A DNA stretch of 53,565 bases, the filler included, from Sphacelaria rigidula (Eukaryota), in NCBI GenBank assembly GCA_964200075.2. It is 4 parts of 4 records of this genome, joined end to end, with 100 filler letters (N's around TTAATTAATTAA, not from the genome) between each part and the next. Parts side by side here need not be neighbours in the genome. Positions count along the whole stretch, not along the records: positions 40,252 to 53,565 come from CAXNAA020002971.1; 3 more parts are not named here. One strand, written 5' to 3'. How positions within the stretch are numbered: the stretch's first letter is position 1; each line of letters starts with the position of its first letter. The notes beneath the pieces were generated by a model, which had not been told where the DNA came from, did not search any database, and was given only the letters and a program-made list of their open reading frames with translations. A program made the translations under genes and the position numbers. Shown here in pieces: positions 52,112 through 53,565 of the stretch.

Positions 52112-52783
52112 TNNNNNNNGCTAGTTCGTACCCTTCTGGAGGGATCAAAGCACGTCCCGCCACAAACTGAAAAACTGTACCCCCCCCCCCCCCCCCCCTC
52201 CTCACCTCTAGACTCTTGGATTAGCGTCGAGTAGCAACGGCGCTGTATAAAATAAGCCACCAAACTTGACACTTTTCACGATAGTCCGCACCCCGAAAAT
52301 GCATGGTTTGGGGAGGCAAAATCTTCACGTGAATCGAAATGGGAAAGTCGAGCACAACGAGAAGCTGAGAATTCGCACGCTTGGGTTCGTTCTAGCCAAT
52401 GTCGCCAATATAACGTGCTTCATGCAGTCTGAACCCATCAGGCGCTGTATGGCCATTTTTTTCGTGACACTTTTAGCTGGTTTTTGGGGGGAGCTATCGT
52501 TGAAAGTGTCAACCCACACATGAAGATGTACAGATTGTCACCGAACCTGCACCATAAGCCGCCACTAGACGAAGGAAAGTCCCGGACCGACAAACAAAGT
52601 AGACATGCAATAACCTCAGAATCACCAATTTCGTTTCTCCCAAGAAACACACAAGATGGGTATACACAAAATATATAAAAAAAACGGCCTTTTTTAACTC
52701 CTCCCTTTTCCTTATTATTCTGCGTTTTCCCCCTTCCATTTCGTTTTCTTCTTCCTTTTCCTCTTTCCCTCCCTTTTCTCCGT

Positions 52784-53068
52784 TACCATAACACAGCCTG
52801 GACATGGACATGAAATAAAGATGCTAACCCTGCTCTTTCTTTCACCTACCATAACAGGACTGGAGATAGACATGAAATAGAGAAGCTAACCCTTCTTTTT
52901 CTTTGACCTACCTTAACAAGACTAGACATTGACATGGAATAGAGAAGGTAACCCTCCTTTTTATTCAACTTACCATAACACAGCCCGGACATAGACATGA
53001 ACTAGAGAAGCTAACCCTCCTTTTTCTTTCACCTATCTTAGCACAGTCTGGATATAAACGCGAAATAG
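52784..53068. repeat. 62-63-bp minisatellite, about 4.5 copies
   Basis: Units start at 52784, 52847, 52909, 52971 and 53034 (TACCATAACA..GACATGAAATAGAGAAGCTAACCCT..). Confidence 0.85.
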
Positions 53069-53565
53069 CAAAAAACGACAGATATACGTTCCCATATCAA
53101 GTAGGGAAAATGACTAAGGCTTTTCCCCCCATGTCATAATAAAATGAAGACAATATTAGAACCAAAACCCAGACAAGTAAGTAATAGCGTAAAGGTTGAC
53201 CACCTTACATGCAAATCGAGGATACAGAAGATGTAACCAGTACGGATAGGGTAGGGTCATCACCCCCTCCATGTTGAATGCACATGGAGGTTGGGGGCTC
53301 GTGGTGAGATACCCGTAAAACCTCACCGGCTTCCATTTGGCGGTGGGAGCCTGGTCAGCCATTCTCCTGAAATTTCCGACATTAGGCGCAAAAAGCGCCC
53401 AATGAAGGGAAGGGGTGGATAATGCATGGCATAAATGTCAAGACCTGCTGCACTCATGACACAAACACCTTACCAACGACCGACCACATGACCTACGAGA
53501 AGGAACACCAAGCTGCACGTAGACTTCTTGAGATCTTGAAGGATAGAAGCTGGTACAAAGCGTGG

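Overview
Eukaryotic, intron-rich and repeat-rich DNA, most likely from a brown alga (Phaeophyceae). This is inferred from LHCX-type antenna genes with a bipartite plastid-targeting presequence and a Pmp-like beta-helix surface-protein gene. The window is not one locus. It is four pieces of 13,320, 13,317, 13,314 and 13,314 bp joined by identical 100-nt N44-TTAATTAATTAA-N44 linkers, which looks like size-sorted, concatenated scaffolds. Piece 1 holds the last 7 exons of a choline/ethanolamine kinase gene, tRNA-derived SINEs, a TIR element with palindromic arrays and an RTE-like LINE fragment. Piece 2 has no clearly intact gene. It holds decayed exons of a Rubisco-LSMT-type SET-domain gene, a kinase-like orphan coding stretch, a probable Harbinger transposase remnant, two foldback MITEs and SINEs. 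Piece 3 holds the first 7 exons of a secreted Pmp/adhesin-like gene. Piece 4 holds two complete head-to-head LHCX/LI818-type genes. Their exons show very uneven divergence (exon 1 about 1%, exons 2 and 4 13-19%, introns unalignable), which suggests exon-restricted gene conversion, and they share a 920-bp spacer rich in TGACG motifs. I found no clearly new biological system. The LHCX pair is the most notable observation. All family calls are by-eye motif recognition; no searches were run.
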